A DNA stretch of 64,000 nt from Torpedo marmorata (taxonomy: Eukaryota), in contig OZ360219.1 of assembly GCA_977017645.1 (NCBI GenBank), positions 125,612,001 to 125,676,000 of the forward strand, written 5' to 3'. The notes below the pieces were generated by a model, which had not been told where the DNA came from, searched no databases, and was given only the letters and a program-made list of their open reading frames with translations. The position numbers were made by a program, and so were the translations under genes. Below are positions 62,251 to 64,000 of the stretch, piece after piece (the stretch's first letter is position 1; each line of letters opens with the position of its first letter).

Positions 62251-62906
62251 CACTGTTCCCTCTAAGCTTTGCGCGTATGCGCGCGCACACACATTTTGCA
62301 ACCAGCACACAAAGGAAATTAATGTGTACACAAAAGGTTAGTTACCTAAAATAATGTAGTAATTAATAATTATACTTATTGAAAATAATATCTTAGTTAA
62401 CTGTTTTGTTAACTAGTTAGTCGGTTTTTCAAATTTATACATTAATATTTATACATTAAGCATCTGGATAGTTTGTCAACTAGCTTTGTAATTGATTGAG
62501 TTTTGATTTAACCATTTCCAGCAACTTTAATAATAATAATCTGTGAATTTATGGGTGTTATTGTTATTAATTTATTTAGACATTGCATCACATAAAAATA
62601 AGAAATTCTCATTGATGTTTTATTTAATGGAACAACAAACTGAACAAAGTAATTCAAAGTATAGAATAAAATCTTAACTAAATACGTTACTTTGTAGAAT
62701 GCAATCATACTTGTATTATATTAAAACATGCCAATAGTTTTATTAGCCATGAGAGATGGGCTGTTCCAAAATTATCTTGAAACAATTTCAAGTTTACATT
62801 TGCACAAGCATTCAGTGCGCACATACTTTTGTCACAGGAAAAGAAATTGCACAACATAAGATTTTTGCACACACTGACTACTTACTAACAATTAGAGGGA
62901 AGATTG
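62251..62906. mobile_element. Non-autonomous hAT-like DNA transposon (MITE)
   Basis: TIRs CACTGTTCCCTCTAA and TTAGAGGGAAGATTG (13/15 match); imperfect 8-bp TSD CTCCCGGG/TTCCGGGG; AT-rich interior; splits CR1 ORF1 at the CCLPG motif. Confidence 0.8.
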
Positions 62907-63299
62907 TTCCGGGGTGCTCGGGTCCAGGATGTCTCTGAGCAGGTGCAGAATATTCTTAAAGAGGAGGGTGAGCAGTCAGAGGTTGTGGTACATATTAGTA
63001 TCAATGATTGAGGCAGCAGTGTGGTCGAGGTCCTGCAAAGTAAGTTTAGGGAGTAAGGAGAGAGGATGAAGAGCAAGACCTCCAAGGTGATAATCTTCTG
63101 ATTACATCCGGTGCCACGAGCTTGGGAAGGTCAGAACAGGAAGATAGTGCAGATAAATGAGCGGCTGAAGAGATGGTGCAGGCAGCGGCATTTCAAGTTC
63201 TTGGATCATTGGAACCTGTTCTGGGGTAGGGGTGACCTGTACAAGTGGGAAGGTTTGCATATGAACTCGAGAGGAAGCAATATCCTGGCAGTGAGGTTT

Positions 63300-63517
63300 C
63301 CTCCCCCTCTTTGCTGCTGTCCCCTCCCTCCTTTCTCCACCTATCATCTCCTGCCTTTCCCACCCCCCTTCCCCCTCACTCCTTTGTTCGGACGCCTGCC
63401 GGCATTTTCTCATACTTTGATGAAGGGCTCAAGCCCGAAACGTCGGTTATGTATTTCTACCTTTGCTACATAAAAGACACTGTTTGACCTGCTGAGTTCT
63501 CCAGCATTTGTGTTTTT
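63300..63517 (+). mobile_element. Isolated Penelope 3'/pLTR fragment with a hammerhead motif (63409-63451)
   Basis: Nearly identical to 38520-38740 and 40220-40427; contains TTGATGAAGGGCTCAAGCCCGAAACGTC. Confidence 0.88.
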
Positions 63518-63875
63518 TGCTAATGCTATTGTGGGGTGGGTGGGGGTGGGGGGTGAGGTTTAACCTAGATTCTCAGGGGTATGAAGCAAAGTGAAGAGCA
63601 GAGGAAGAGGCAGTTGGTGCACAAAGAGTGATAGCTTGTAGGGAGTTTGTGTGGAAGGACAGGCAGATAGGGCAAAAGTGGAGCCATTTGAATCAGTTGC
63701 AATGCAAAAGGGACAGAGTCAAAAAAAGTAACAAATAAAGGGCTAAAGGTTTTGTATTTAAATACATGCAGCGAAAGAAATAAAGTGAATGACATTGTAG
63801 TACAGCTACAGACTGGCAGGTATGAAGTTGTGGCTAAAGGATGGATATTATTGTGAGCTTATATTCTGAGGATAC

Positions 63876-64000
63876 TGTTATGGACCTTGACTGACCATTT
63901 GGAATGTGGACGGTCAGCAGGAAGGATGAAGTCTTTTGGAGTACACACTGGGACCAGGTAATGAAAGAATTAACTTGCCCAGGACTAGGTGTGCTCAGAG
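63876..64000 (+). mobile_element. Start of a third Gmr1-family LTR (cut by the window end)
   Basis: TGTTATGGACCTTGACTGACC... matches the LTR starts at 30486 and 59229. Confidence 0.9.

Larger units (their letters stand above)
61560..63875 (+). mobile_element. CR1 LINE 5' part (ORF1 Zn-finger/coiled coil/SGNH esterase and start of ORF2)
   Basis: CSSCRMW...CEKC, VVIGDTIVRGTDRRFC, FLDHWNLFWGRGDLYKWEGLHMN, LKVLYLN. Confidence 0.85.

Overview
Eukaryotic, repeat-dense DNA; most of the window is transposable elements. The repeat mix (CR1/HER1-type LINEs with SGNH-esterase ORF1, V-domain/HE1-type SINEs, Rex1/Babar LINEs, AT-rich L1, Penelope, Gypsy and Gmr1-type LTR elements) suggests a cartilaginous fish. 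It may be a large intron, since one or two small candidate host exons are present. Main elements: (1) two compact Mag-like Gypsy proviruses, A (6774-11491, minus strand, intact 1365-aa gag-pol, apparently identical LTRs) and B (30844-35467, plus strand, frameshifted), plus a related solo LTR (41644-41895); (2) two Gmr1-like elements with PR-IN-RT-RH order and non-overlapping deletions (26106-35984, 54475-60095), and a third LTR cut by the window end; (3) an inverted Penelope composite with minimal hammerhead motifs; (4) a young 5'-truncated L1, several Rex1 copies and a hAT MITE, many of them nested with visible TSDs. The most notable signal is in the Mag-like elements. They have no tRNA primer-binding site. 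Instead, 12-13 nt after the 5' LTR are perfectly complementary to a segment of their own LTR, with compensatory substitutions between subfamilies, which suggests self-primed reverse transcription in a lineage with no chromodomain. They also carry a uniformly oriented YY1/ETS motif array inside the gag-protease linker. All calls were made by eye with no database searches, and the boundaries of old repeats are approximate.
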